A stretch of 64,000 bases of DNA, taken from Ignavibacteriota bacterium (GTDB taxonomy: Bacteria > Bacteroidota > Ignavibacteria > UBA10030). The first letter of the stretch is position 1. Each line of letters opens with the position of its first letter. A model generated the notes under the pieces. It ran no database searches. It was given only the letters and a program-made list of their open reading frames with translations, and was not told where the DNA came from. This document shows, one piece after another, positions 1 to 9,344 of this stretch. The DNA is taken from assembly GCA_963701295.1 (NCBI GenBank), contig OY969585.1:1024001-1088000 (forward strand), in the 5' to 3' direction. The translations under genes and the position numbers were made by a program.

Positions 1-1269
1 CAATGCAACAATAGCTTCTTCCAGCGAGCCTGGTGTCTTTGGAGTAGACTTTAGTTCTTCCCGGGTCATTTCATAGATATCTCTATCCAACGGTTTACCA
101 GGATCAATCTTGTTTTGAATTCCATCCACTGCAGCCATCATTATGGCCGAAAAAGTTAGATATCCGTTGCAACTTGGATCCGGGCAACGGAATTCTACAC
201 GTTTTGCTTTTGGACTTGGAGAATACATTGGGATCCTGCATGAAGCTGAACGGTTTCTGGCTGAATAGGCCAGATTGACTGGCGCTTCAAAACCAGGAAC
301 AAGCCTACGATAAGAATTTGTCGTCGGGGCAGCAAAAGCAAGAATGGCCGGCGCATGCTTTAAAATACCCCCGATAGCATTAAGGGCCATTGGACTAAGG
401 CCGGCATAACCGTCTCCCGCAAATAAAGGTTTGCCTTCCTTCCACAGGGAGAAGTGAGTGTGCATTCCACTTCCATTATCCTGAAAGATCGGTTTGGGCA
501 TAAAAGTCACAGTCTTATTATTTTTCTTTGCTACATTTTTACATATATATTTATACCACATAAGTTGATCGGCCATTTTCAACAAATTGGTAAACTTCAT
601 ATCAATTTCACTTTGGCCGGCGGTGGCAACTTCATGATGATGTGCCTCTACGATGATGCCGATCTTTCGCATTTCATAAACCATTTCGCCACGAAGATCA
701 TGGAAGGTATCAGTTGGGCTGACTGGAAAATAGCCGCCCTTGAAACTAGGTTTGTAACCTAAATTTGGTTCTTCAAATCGGGCAGTATTCCAGGCGCCTT
801 CCTGAGAATCAATTTCGTACACCCCACGGTGTTGATTCTGTTCGTAACGGACTTCATCAAAAATAAAGAATTCGGGTTCTGGTCCAATATAGCAAGTATC
901 GGCAATTTTAGTTCGTCTTAAATATTCTTCTGCTTTTTGTGCTATATAACGCGGGTCCCGAGTGTATTTCTGTTTTGATATCGGATCGACAATGTCTGCG
1001 ATGATGCTTACAGTTGGTTTAGCAAAAAAAGGATCCATACAAAATGTATTAGGATCGGGAAGAGCCAACATATCCGACATATGAATTCCCTGCCAACCTC
1101 GAATGGACGAACCGTCAAATCCAAGCCCTTCTACAAATGTGTTCTCGTCTATTACATCAATCGGGAAACTGCAATGCTGCCAACTTCCTAATAAATCAAC
1201 GAATTTGAGATCGATCATTTCTGAATTATTCTTCTTTACAAAATCAAAGAAATCTTTTGGCGTTGCCAT
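1..1269 (-). CDS. glnA: Glutamine synthetase type I (3' end runs off the window)
   Basis: Manual translation from ATG at 1269: [84 protein letters not shown]. Missing from the ORF track because it has no stop in the window. Confidence 0.97.
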   Translation of the reverse strand, partial: MATPKDFFDFVKKNNSEMIDLKFVDLLGSWQHCSFPIDVIDENTFVEGLGFDGSSIRGWQGIHMSDMLALPDPNTFCMDPFFAKPTVSIIADIVDPISKQKYTRDPRYIAQKAEEYLRRTKIADTCYIGPEPEFFIFDEVRYEQNQHRGVYEIDSQEGAWNTARFEEPNLGYKPSFKGGYFPVSPTDTFHDLRGEMVYEMRKIGIIVEAHHHEVATAGQSEIDMKFTNLLKMADQLMWYKYICKNVAKKNNKTVTFMPKPIFQDNGSGMHTHFSLWKEGKPLFAGDGYAGLSPMALNAIGGILKHAPAILAFAAPTTNSYRRLVPGFEAPVNLAYSARNRSASCRIPMYSPSPKAKRVEFRCPDPSCNGYLTFSAIMMAAVDGIQNKIDPGKPLDRDIYEMTREELKSTPKTPGSLEEAIVAL

Positions 1270-1743
1270 TGTTTTTATTCTCCTTCGCTAAAATAAATGA
1301 ATAGACATTATTTAATTACGTCTTATTGTATAATAACATAAATTATTAATGTAATCAAGCCATTTTTCGGATTATTTTTAGTCGCACAATAAAACAGCCG
1401 CTTGATGCATTTGATAACCGCTGAAAGGATTCTGTTTCAACAGAACAAACTTTTTCTCTTAAAACAGCATTTCTTCGCCTTTCTTGAAGAGCTTTATTAT
1501 AATAATTCAAGATTGAAGAAAATGCAACACAGGAAGATTCTTATCACATTCCTCTCAGAGTTCACCTCCATTTGCCGATACACTCCCTTTATTTGCCGAA
1601 TTATCCGTATCTTTTTCAATATTCTGTTGTATGTTCATATAGGTTGCTGCTCAAATTCTATGTCTCATTTTGCAACTTTTTAATTCTGGTTTTCGTTTTA
1701 AAGAACACCTGATTTATAAATACTAATATTACATTTGAAACTT

Positions 1744-2931
1744 ATGGAAAACAAACACATTGACCTTTCGGCATTACGAATTAGTAGAAATCAGGAACAT
1801 CAGGATGGTCCCCCCAAAAAAACAGGTACATATATCGGCATCGCTGTCAGTATTCTTGTTCTCGGGATCGCTGGATTCTTTCTTTATCAGTCATTGTTTA
1901 CGCCTGCAATCGAAGTAACATTAACGACAGTCTCTTGGACATCCCCATCGCAATCAAATGCTGTTCTCACTGCAAGTGGATACGTCGTTGCACAACGAAA
2001 AGCAGCAGTTGCTTCAAAGGGAACTGGACGGCTTGTGTATCTTGGAGTGGTAGAAGGAGACCGAGTGAAGAACAATCAAATTATTGCACGACTCGAAGAT
2101 ACCGACGTACGTGCCTCATTGGAACAGGCGAAGGCAAATCTCCGGATAAACGAAGCTGATCTGAAAGATGCACAGCAATCGCTCAAGCGCCAGAAGGACT
2201 TATTAGAAAAAGGATTGGCAACTCAAGCAGACTACGATGCCGCTGAAGCTCGCCAGTTGCGTGTCGTTGCTAATATTGAAATGGCAAAAGCCATGGTTGA
2301 TGGTGCAGAGGTTGCTTTGGAATACACTTTCATTCGTGCACCCTTTGATGGAACCGTTTTGACTAAGAACGCCGACATCGGCGAAATGGTCGTTCCCATG
2401 GCAGCAAGTGTCGGTTCGAAATCTGCTGTTGTCACAATTGCCGATATGACATCACTTCAAGTAGAAGCTGATGTGTCTGAATCCAATATCCAAAATGTTA
2501 AACCCGACCAACCTTGCGAGATTACACTTGATGCATATCCAGAAGTTCGTTATCAGGGATATGTCGCAAAAATTGTTCCGACAGCTGACCGTGCAAAAGC
2601 AACGGTGATGGTAAAAGTTGCCTTCAAATCGTACGATAATCGTGTGCTACCAGAAATGGGAGCAAAAGTGTTGTATTTAACAAAAGCATCCGATGCAGCC
2701 GCATCCACCGAAAAACCACGTCTTACTCTTCCGGCATCTGCTATCGTTGAACGCAGCGGCAAAAAAATTGCATTTCGTGTGATAGATAATAAAGCATCTT
2801 CTGTTACGATTTCTGTCGGCCGTGCTATGGGCACGCTTGTTGAAATCACAGACGGTCTCACTTCCGGAGAAAAAGTGATTGATAAAGTGGATGCCTCGAT
2901 CAATGATGGAGTAAAAGTGAAGGTGTTGTAA
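1744..2931 (+). CDS. Efflux membrane-fusion protein (HlyD/MacA-like periplasmic adaptor)
   Basis: N-terminal TM, ASGYVVAQRKA, IRAPFDGTV, VEADVSE; leads an ABC operon. Confidence 0.92.
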   Translation: MENKHIDLSALRISRNQEHQDGPPKKTGTYIGIAVSILVLGIAGFFLYQSLFTPAIEVTLTTVSWTSPSQSNAVLTASGYVVAQRKAAVASKGTGRLVYLGVVEGDRVKNNQIIARLEDTDVRASLEQAKANLRINEADLKDAQQSLKRQKDLLEKGLATQADYDAAEARQLRVVANIEMAKAMVDGAEVALEYTFIRAPFDGTVLTKNADIGEMVVPMAASVGSKSAVVTIADMTSLQVEADVSESNIQNVKPDQPCEITLDAYPEVRYQGYVAKIVPTADRAKATVMVKVAFKSYDNRVLPEMGAKVLYLTKASDAAASTEKPRLTLPASAIVERSGKKIAFRVIDNKASSVTISVGRAMGTLVEITDGLTSGEKVIDKVDASINDGVKVKVL

Positions 2932-2938
2932 AAAAAAG

Positions 2939-2966
2939 AAGAATTTAGAAGATAGAATATGAAGGG
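2939..2966 (+). repeat. Purine-rich 7-bp tandem tract upstream of 4HB gene 1
   Basis: aagaatt tagaaga tagaata tgaaggg; inverted relative to 3321-3349. Confidence 0.65.
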
Positions 2967-2973
2967 ATAAAAA

Positions 2974-3342
2974 ATGGAACGAAAACCAGCACACAATTTC
3001 CAAGAATTGGTTGTGTGGCAAAAAGCGCATCATTTTGTTTTAAAGGTTTATCGAATGACAGAAACTTTTCCGCAGAAAGAAATTTATGGGTTAACTTCAC
3101 AATTTCGACGGGCCGCAATATCAATTGCCGCAAATATTGCTGAAGGATTTCGAAAACGAGGAAAAGCAGACAAAGCGAGATTTTTAAATATTGCTAATGG
3201 CTCGTTACAAGAATGCACTTATTATCTCTTATTAGCAAAAGATCTTGGCTATGCAGATGTTCCACAACTATTTATGGCTGTTGATGAAATTGGCAAAATG
3301 CTCAATGTCTATTCCCAGCGTCTCCTAACTCCTAAATTCTAA
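2974..3342 (+). CDS. Four-helix-bundle protein (23S rRNA IVS-protein/Avd-like family)
   Basis: 122 aa; L.VWQKAH..FP..E.YGLTSQFRRAAISIAANIAEG..RFLNIA.GS..E. Confidence 0.93.
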   Translation: MERKPAHNFQELVVWQKAHHFVLKVYRMTETFPQKEIYGLTSQFRRAAISIAANIAEGFRKRGKADKARFLNIANGSLQECTYYLLLAKDLGYADVPQLFMAVDEIGKMLNVYSQRLLTPKF

Positions 3343-3349
3343 CTTCTTT
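3321..3349 (+). repeat. Pyrimidine-rich 7-bp tandem tract at the end of 4HB gene 1
   Basis: ctcctaa ctcctaa attctaa cttcttt; stop TAA lies in unit 3. Confidence 0.8.
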
Positions 3350-3385
3350 GACTAAGAAACCAACGACTATACTAAGGATTACACT

Positions 3386-4060
3386 ATGCCCAACACAATT
3401 ATCCAAGTTCAAAATGTTTCCAAATCCTATTGGCGGGATAGTTTTGAAGTTCCCGTTCTCAACGACATCTCCATCGATGTTCACGAGGGAGAGTTTCTCG
3501 GCCTCATGGGCCCTTCCGGTTCCGGTAAGACAACATTACTCAATCTTATTGCCGGTATCGACCGGCCCAGCAAAGGGAATGTTCTGGTGGGTGGAACGGA
3601 TATTTCCAAACTGAATGAATCCGCGTTAGCGAAGTGGCGTTCGCATAACATCGGCTTTGTTTTTCAGTTCTATAACCTTCTACCTGTTCTCACTGCATTC
3701 GAAAACGTCGAGCTTCCATTATTACTCACATCGCTTTCTAAGGCAGAGAGGAAGAAACACGTCGAACTTGCACTTGGAGTCGTCGATCTTAGTGATCGTA
3801 TTCATCACTATCCTAAACAGCTTTCCGGCGGACAAGAGCAGCGAGTTGCAATCGCACGGGCAATCGTAACGGACCCGACCATTCTTGTTGCAGACGAACC
3901 GACAGGTGATTTGGACAAACGGTCCGCTGAAGAAATCATGAATCTTTTGGAACGCTTGAATAAAGAATTCAAGAAAACCATTGTAATGGTGACGCACGAT
4001 CCGCGAGCCGTAGAGAAGGCGAAGGTTGTTCACCATCTCGATAAAGGCGAATTGTCATAG
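3386..4060 (+). CDS. ABC transporter ATP-binding protein (LolD/MacB-like)
   Basis: [33 protein letters not shown]. Confidence 0.96.
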   Translation: MPNTIIQVQNVSKSYWRDSFEVPVLNDISIDVHEGEFLGLMGPSGSGKTTLLNLIAGIDRPSKGNVLVGGTDISKLNESALAKWRSHNIGFVFQFYNLLPVLTAFENVELPLLLTSLSKAERKKHVELALGVVDLSDRIHHYPKQLSGGQEQRVAIARAIVTDPTILVADEPTGDLDKRSAEEIMNLLERLNKEFKKTIVMVTHDPRAVEKAKVVHHLDKGELS

Positions 4061-4069
4061 GAGAGTGCC

Positions 4070-5230
4070 ATGAGAATCTTTAAACTTATTTTTAAGAACG
4101 CACTGCGTCATAAACTGCGCACACTTCTTACCATCCTCGGTATGGCAATTGCCGTGATGGCATTCTGTGTGCTGAGAACTGTTGTGGATATGTATTATGC
4201 CGGTTTGGATGCCACTGCAGCAAACCGCTTAATTGTACGACAAGCGGTATCTTTTATTTTTCCCCTTCCATACTCATATCGTGATCAGATCGCAAGAATT
4301 CCAGGCGTTCAAACGGTCTCATTTGCAAATTGGTTTGGGGGCACATATAAAGAAAAAAAGAATTTCTTTGCTCGGATGGGCGTCGATGAAGAAACAATTT
4401 TTGATGTTTACCCTGAATGCCTTGTTGATCCAAAGGAGTATGAACAGTTCAAGCGTGAACGGAATTCATGTATAGTTGGATCTGAAATTGCCAAACAATA
4501 CGGTTTCAAAATCGGCGATATTATTCCTATGGACGGCGATATTTATCCGGGGAAATGGGAATTTGTTGTGAGGGGCATTTATAAACCTCGCGATAAAGTA
4601 ACCGATGCGACTCAAATGTTCTTCCATTGGAGCTATATAGACGAGCGAATGAAACAAGATATGCCTGGACGTGCCGGACAGGTAGGGTGGTACATTGTTA
4701 AAATTAAAGATCCGTTACAAGCAGCAACAATCTCGGAACAAATCGATGCTCTGTTCAAAAATTCTTCAAACGCTACAAAGACAGAGACCGAACGTGCATT
4801 CACACAAAATTTTATTTCGGGATTTAACTCGCTTTTGACAGCAATGAACTTTGTGGCTTATATCATCATCGGCATTATTATGCTTGTCCTGGGGAATACC
4901 ATGATTATGTCTGCCCGTGAAAGAACCCGCGAATATGCGGTATTTAAAACTCTCGGTTTTTCGGGAGGGCATCTCTTCGGATTGATTCTTGGCGAGTCAC
5001 TATTTATCTCGGCTCTTGGGGCAGGAGCCGGGTTACTTGTGACATATCCTATTGTTTCCGGAATTGAAGCGCTTATGCCCAAAGGATTTTTCCCTTACTT
5101 TTTTATTACTCCTTTCACTCTGATTCTTGCTGCAACGGCTGCACTTATTGTAGGTTTAGCTGCTTCGATCTTTCCTATTCAACGGGCGCTGCGCACACGA
5201 ATCGTTGATGGTTTGAGGTTTATTGGGTGA
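4070..5230 (+). CDS. ABC transporter permease (MacB/FtsX-like)
   Basis: RTLLTILG N-terminal TM, ERTREYAVFKTLGF, three C-terminal TMs. Confidence 0.93.
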   Translation: MRIFKLIFKNALRHKLRTLLTILGMAIAVMAFCVLRTVVDMYYAGLDATAANRLIVRQAVSFIFPLPYSYRDQIARIPGVQTVSFANWFGGTYKEKKNFFARMGVDEETIFDVYPECLVDPKEYEQFKRERNSCIVGSEIAKQYGFKIGDIIPMDGDIYPGKWEFVVRGIYKPRDKVTDATQMFFHWSYIDERMKQDMPGRAGQVGWYIVKIKDPLQAATISEQIDALFKNSSNATKTETERAFTQNFISGFNSLLTAMNFVAYIIIGIIMLVLGNTMIMSARERTREYAVFKTLGFSGGHLFGLILGESLFISALGAGAGLLVTYPIVSGIEALMPKGFFPYFFITPFTLILAATAALIVGLAASIFPIQRALRTRIVDGLRFIG

Positions 5231-5236
5231 GAAAAA

Positions 5237-5264
5237 TCAGAATGAAGAATACTGAATACAGAAT
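5237..5264 (+). repeat. 7-bp tandem tract upstream of 4HB gene 2
   Basis: tcagaat gaagaat actgaat acagaat, running into ATG 5263. Confidence 0.8.
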
Positions 5265-5631
5265 GGAAAATATTCCCGCAAAATCATTTGAAGATTTAAT
5301 TATGTGGAAGAAGGCGCACCAGTTTGTTCTCGATGTGTATGAATTTACAAAAAACTTTCCAAAGCAAGAGATATATGGACTCGTTTCTCAATTAAGGCGT
5401 GCTGCTGTTTCAATTCCTGCTAACATTGCAGAAGGATTTAAAAAGAAAGGAAAGCTCGATAAAGCGCGCTTTCTAAACATTGCACAAGGTTCGATTGAGG
5501 AATGTCGTTATTATCTCATCTTAGCAACAGATTTAAAATACGGAGATTGTTCAGACTTACGAACTCTGCTCAATGAAGTCAGCAGGCTAATCTATGCTTA
5601 TTCAAAAAACATCCTGTCTTCTGTTTCCTGA
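5263..5631 (+). CDS. Four-helix-bundle protein, paralogue of 2974-3342
   Basis: 122 aa from ATG 5263; FEDLIMWKKAH..YGLVSQLRRAAVSIPANIAEG. Confidence 0.93.
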   Translation: MENIPAKSFEDLIMWKKAHQFVLDVYEFTKNFPKQEIYGLVSQLRRAAVSIPANIAEGFKKKGKLDKARFLNIAQGSIEECRYYLILATDLKYGDCSDLRTLLNEVSRLIYAYSKNILSSVS

Positions 5632-5638
5632 CTTCTGT
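5611..5638 (+). repeat. 7-bp tandem tract at the end of 4HB gene 2
   Basis: atcctgt cttctgt ttcctga cttctgt; stop TGA lies in unit 3; reverse complement resembles 5237-5264. Confidence 0.82.
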
Positions 5639-5666
5639 AATCTTATCTATGACAAAGGATTGCACC

Positions 5667-6836
5667 ATGAAAATTCCATTTAAATATATTCTCAGAAATT
5701 TTAAATCACGCCGGTTAACAACAGCGATCACGGTGGCGGGTATTGCCATGGTTGTATTTGTTTTTGCCGCTGTATTGATGATGGCGTATGGCATACAAAA
5801 AACATTGGTTGCTACCGGTTCGCCGGACAATGTTATCATTGCACGCAAATCCGCAAATGGAGAGATTTCCAGCATTGTATTGCGAGACGATTTCAACACG
5901 GTTTTAACTCTTCCACATATAGCCAAGTTGAAGGATGGAAAGCCGTTGGCTTCAGGAGAAACGGTGGTGATCATAAACCTGAATAAAAAATCGGGAGGAT
6001 TGAGTAATGTAACTGTTCGCGGTATTGGGCAAGAAGCATTTATTCTTCGTCCTCAGGTACATATAATCGAAGGACGCAATTTTCAGCCGGGTGCGCGTGA
6101 AGTAATTGTGGGATCCTCCATTGCCAAAAATTTCTTCGGTGCTGCAGTGGGCAATACAGTTATATTTGGCGGAGATTCATGGACAATCGTTGGTCGGTTT
6201 GAAGCCGGAAAAAGCGGCTTCGATTCTGAGATGTGGGGGGATAATGATCAATTGCAGAGTGCGTTTAAAAGACAGGGAGGATATTCGACTGTGACTTTTA
6301 AGTTGGACCAACCGGATGCTTTCAACGCATTTTCAGCAGCATTTAACAATGAACCTCGTTTACAGCAATTTGAACCGAAGCCTGAGCAAAAGTTTTTTGC
6401 GGAACAATCGGAGATCATGGCATTGTTTATCCGTATTCTTGGCATTTTCATCACGGTGGTATTTTCCTTCGGTGCAACGATTGGTGCGATGATTACCATG
6501 TACGCGGCAGTTGCAAACCGAACAGTCGAGGTCGGTACCATGCGTGCGCTTGGTTTTCGAAGGCGGAGTGTACTCACAGCATTTTTAACCGAATCATTAA
6601 CCATTGCCCTTATCGGTGGAATGATAGGATTGTTCCTTGCATCATTCCTTCAGTTTTTCTCTCTTTCAACATTGAATTACGGCTCGTTCGCAGAGCTTGA
6701 ATTCTCCTTTGCGCTTTCACCTGCGATCATTGTATTGTCGTTGTCCTTTTCACTCTTCATGGGATTTGCCGGCGGTTTCCTGCCCGCCGCACGTGCAGCA
6801 CGGCTGAAGATTGTGGATGCATTACGTGCAGCATAA
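5667..6836 (+). CDS. ABC transporter permease (MacB/FtsX-like)
   Basis: MKIPFKYILRN.., RTVEVGTMRALGF, C-terminal TMs; AAGGA RBS before ATG 5667. Confidence 0.92.
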   Translation: MKIPFKYILRNFKSRRLTTAITVAGIAMVVFVFAAVLMMAYGIQKTLVATGSPDNVIIARKSANGEISSIVLRDDFNTVLTLPHIAKLKDGKPLASGETVVIINLNKKSGGLSNVTVRGIGQEAFILRPQVHIIEGRNFQPGAREVIVGSSIAKNFFGAAVGNTVIFGGDSWTIVGRFEAGKSGFDSEMWGDNDQLQSAFKRQGGYSTVTFKLDQPDAFNAFSAAFNNEPRLQQFEPKPEQKFFAEQSEIMALFIRILGIFITVVFSFGATIGAMITMYAAVANRTVEVGTMRALGFRRRSVLTAFLTESLTIALIGGMIGLFLASFLQFFSLSTLNYGSFAELEFSFALSPAIIVLSLSFSLFMGFAGGFLPAARAARLKIVDALRAA

Positions 6837-6944
6837 TGTTAATGATCAATTGGATGTTTATAAATCGTGGATGCAGAAAGTCGAGCGAAGGGTTTAAAAT
6901 TTATTCAGGGGCAAACATTCTTCCATTCTCGTAAGTGGATTGAT

Positions 6945-8021
6945 TTACCCGAGAAAGACATGTTCATTGTGCCATTGAAAGGCTTCTACAGCGGGAGAAA
7001 ATTTTGAATCTCTAACAGTCCTAATTAGTTTATTCTTATACGCTAGAATACGATCAACAGAAAAATCGATTCCTTTGCCAGTTAAATATGAAGCGACTAT
7101 GACTGAATAACTGTCGGAGAGAATCGAATAAATTCCTTCATCAAAAAGCCAATGACAAGTACTACATAAACACAACCCATTTCGTGGATCATCTGTCCCT
7201 AATTTTTGTTTTGGAACAATATGTGCAGCTTCTGCTTCATAATAACCTTGTGGTGTTTGAATGCCGAAACCACAAATAGCACAATAGTGCTCATACTGTG
7301 CTGTCACGATTATTCGAAAAGCTCTATCACGAACATAGGATTTTCGAAGTGTGACTGTCTTTTCCTCAAGTTTTGAAAACGGTTCAAATGATCCTAAAAG
7401 CATATCTTTCAATTCATGCTCTTCTATCTTTATCTCCTGTTTCTGAATAGCAAGGGCCTCTGGTGGATTCTTCTGTACAAAATTCCAACCACTTTCTGAA
7501 AGAGTATAAAGTCCTTTATCAAAGCGAATAAACCCCATGGTCCGCAACCAATCAATTCTGTGTCTGCATTGGTTCTGTAGTGTTCGTTTACCCCAATTTT
7601 GTACCTTTGGGAAACGGCTCTTTATAATATCAAACCATAATTCAATAAGTTTATCATTTCTTATCATTGATTTAGATCGAAGCACTTCAAGAAATGCCGC
7701 TACACCAACAAATGATTTTTCAAAAATTTCAAGCAAAATTGTTGGTGAACTAGTATTTAGAACAGACACTCCATTAGCGGTTAGTTGACAACGCCCATTT
7801 ATTACTTTGACTAATCCCGTGCTTATTAAAAGGACTGTATAGACATCTCTTGCATAGGACTCGGTCAAGACAAATTTACTAATCAACCAAGTTCTTACAT
7901 CGTCAGATGTTGGATGATTATTTTGTATCCATTCAAGTGTTTTAAGAAGGTTACCAAACTGCGCTTCTACCCCTCCTGCCATTGGATAAAAGGTTGTCCT
8001 CGCATCCTTTTGTTTTATCAT
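6945..8021 (-). CDS. HNH endonuclease with N-terminal winged-helix-like domains (putative type IV restriction enzyme)
   Basis: RDRAFR..YEHYCAICG..EAAHIVP..DDPRNGLCLCSTCHWLFDEG; two wH-like wings (GLVKVINGRCQLTANG; GFIRFDKGLYTLSESG). Confidence 0.8.
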   Translation of the reverse strand: MIKQKDARTTFYPMAGGVEAQFGNLLKTLEWIQNNHPTSDDVRTWLISKFVLTESYARDVYTVLLISTGLVKVINGRCQLTANGVSVLNTSSPTILLEIFEKSFVGVAAFLEVLRSKSMIRNDKLIELWFDIIKSRFPKVQNWGKRTLQNQCRHRIDWLRTMGFIRFDKGLYTLSESGWNFVQKNPPEALAIQKQEIKIEEHELKDMLLGSFEPFSKLEEKTVTLRKSYVRDRAFRIIVTAQYEHYCAICGFGIQTPQGYYEAEAAHIVPKQKLGTDDPRNGLCLCSTCHWLFDEGIYSILSDSYSVIVASYLTGKGIDFSVDRILAYKNKLIRTVRDSKFSPAVEAFQWHNEHVFLG

Positions 8022-8707
8022 AATTCTATCCAGTCTTTAAAAGACCATTGTAACCAATCACTTTTTTGTAGATACCGCAATTCATTTTTTGTTGGCCGAC
8101 GGTCCATCCTTATGTCAAAGAGAACATTTCCGGATAAAAATTGATTTTTAATAATATCTGTTGAAGTTTCTGTTAGCAACTGCGCGCGGTCATATTTAAA
8201 CCATTCCGTATCTCCACGCATTTCACTGAAAGCACTAACAAGCACTAGACCGGGAGTTTTTTGCATAAATCTTTTGGCTAATGCTTTTAATTGCCATTCG
8301 GCCACGATTTCTCCAGAGATATGTCTCACTGATATAGTTGTCTCATCAACATGAAGAAAGAGTCCAATACTGTTCGGTGTTCTTGCCATGGTGAAGTACA
8401 TTCCTAATCTACCATTATCATCAAGTGTTCCGTATTTTTTGATAGCCGCAAGAGGATCCATTTTCCATGCTTTTCTGTTAAAGGTAAACAATGTAATCAT
8501 AGAAGATGATCCAATTCGATGAGCTTTAAGTTCTACAGTACCTAAATCTGGCAGGGCAATATTGTTTTCTTCTATACCAAGAAGTTGTTCTAATGTCTGC
8601 TCAATACCGGTTGGTCCTTTTCTCTTCGACTTGATCCATCCTTTTGCTTTTACTTGCGCAAATTTTTTTCTAAATCTTACAAGTGTTAATTGTCTACGCT
8701 TTGTCAT
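8018..8707 (-). pseudogene. MvaI/BcnI-family restriction endonuclease, C-terminus apparently replaced
   Basis: GWIKSKRKGPTGI..TLE.LLGIEENN..LPDLG..ELK..ITLFT match the family; the usual C-terminal RNHGT-type motif is absent. Confidence 0.65.
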
Positions 8708-8867
8708 TGAACCTTTTATCCTCTTCTTTGTATTTCAATATGAGGCTAATGTACTGAATTATCACAAATGGATACATGAATATATTGGTTTATATATACT
8801 CAGATTTTGAGCGATTGATTTAGCCTTTTAATCTTTATTACTTCCTTACTGACAAGAATCGTTTTTT

Positions 8868-9098
8868 TCAAACTTGTCGCTCCTTTTTCTTGTCTTCCAT
8901 CAATCCTTTGAGCATATCGCCGTCAGTGCCAAGAATTCCTGCTAAACTCTTAAAATAATTTTTATCAAGCGGTCGAATCATAAGTTTGCCGTTTTGCTCG
9001 ACAAATGCGATTTTTGTCCCCTTTGTGATTCCAAACTTTCGCCGGATTTTTGCAGGAACAACAATTTGTCCTTTACCTGTTACTACCGATGTTTCCAT
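8868..9098 (-). CDS. AbrB/MazE/SpoVT-family DNA-binding protein (antitoxin-like)
   Basis: VTGKGQIVVPAKIRRKFGITKGTKIAF. Confidence 0.9.
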   Translation of the reverse strand: METSVVTGKGQIVVPAKIRRKFGITKGTKIAFVEQNGKLMIRPLDKNYFKSLAGILGTDGDMLKGLMEDKKKERQV

Positions 9099-9344
9099 TG
9101 TATGTCTCCTTTTCATTTTAACATATATAAGTTCATAATGTAAATCAAATGCTATTCTGGTATATATCCGAAATAATCAACCGATGGCACAATTATCTGA
9201 GCGATATTCTTACATCTGTGAGCAACAAACGTAACAAATCTGAAGATTGTGAATACATTTCATTCGGCTTGATTTTGAAACCAACTCTTTCTTCTTTATG
9301 TTATAATGAAGGTCGGTTGTTGGCAATGGAATGTATAAAGAGAG

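Noticed and set aside
454-1683. Plus-strand ORFs 454-762, 1103-1291, 1402-1683
   Set aside because: Shadows of glnA or AT-rich intergenic sequence with no motifs.
1671-1698. TGCAAC-N17-CGTTT ECF-like promoter before the efflux operon
   Set aside because: Plausible, but too short to distinguish from chance.
2974-5631. Diversity-generating retroelement suggested by Avd-like genes
   Set aside because: No reverse transcriptase and no TR/VR pair with adenine-specific differences seen in the window.
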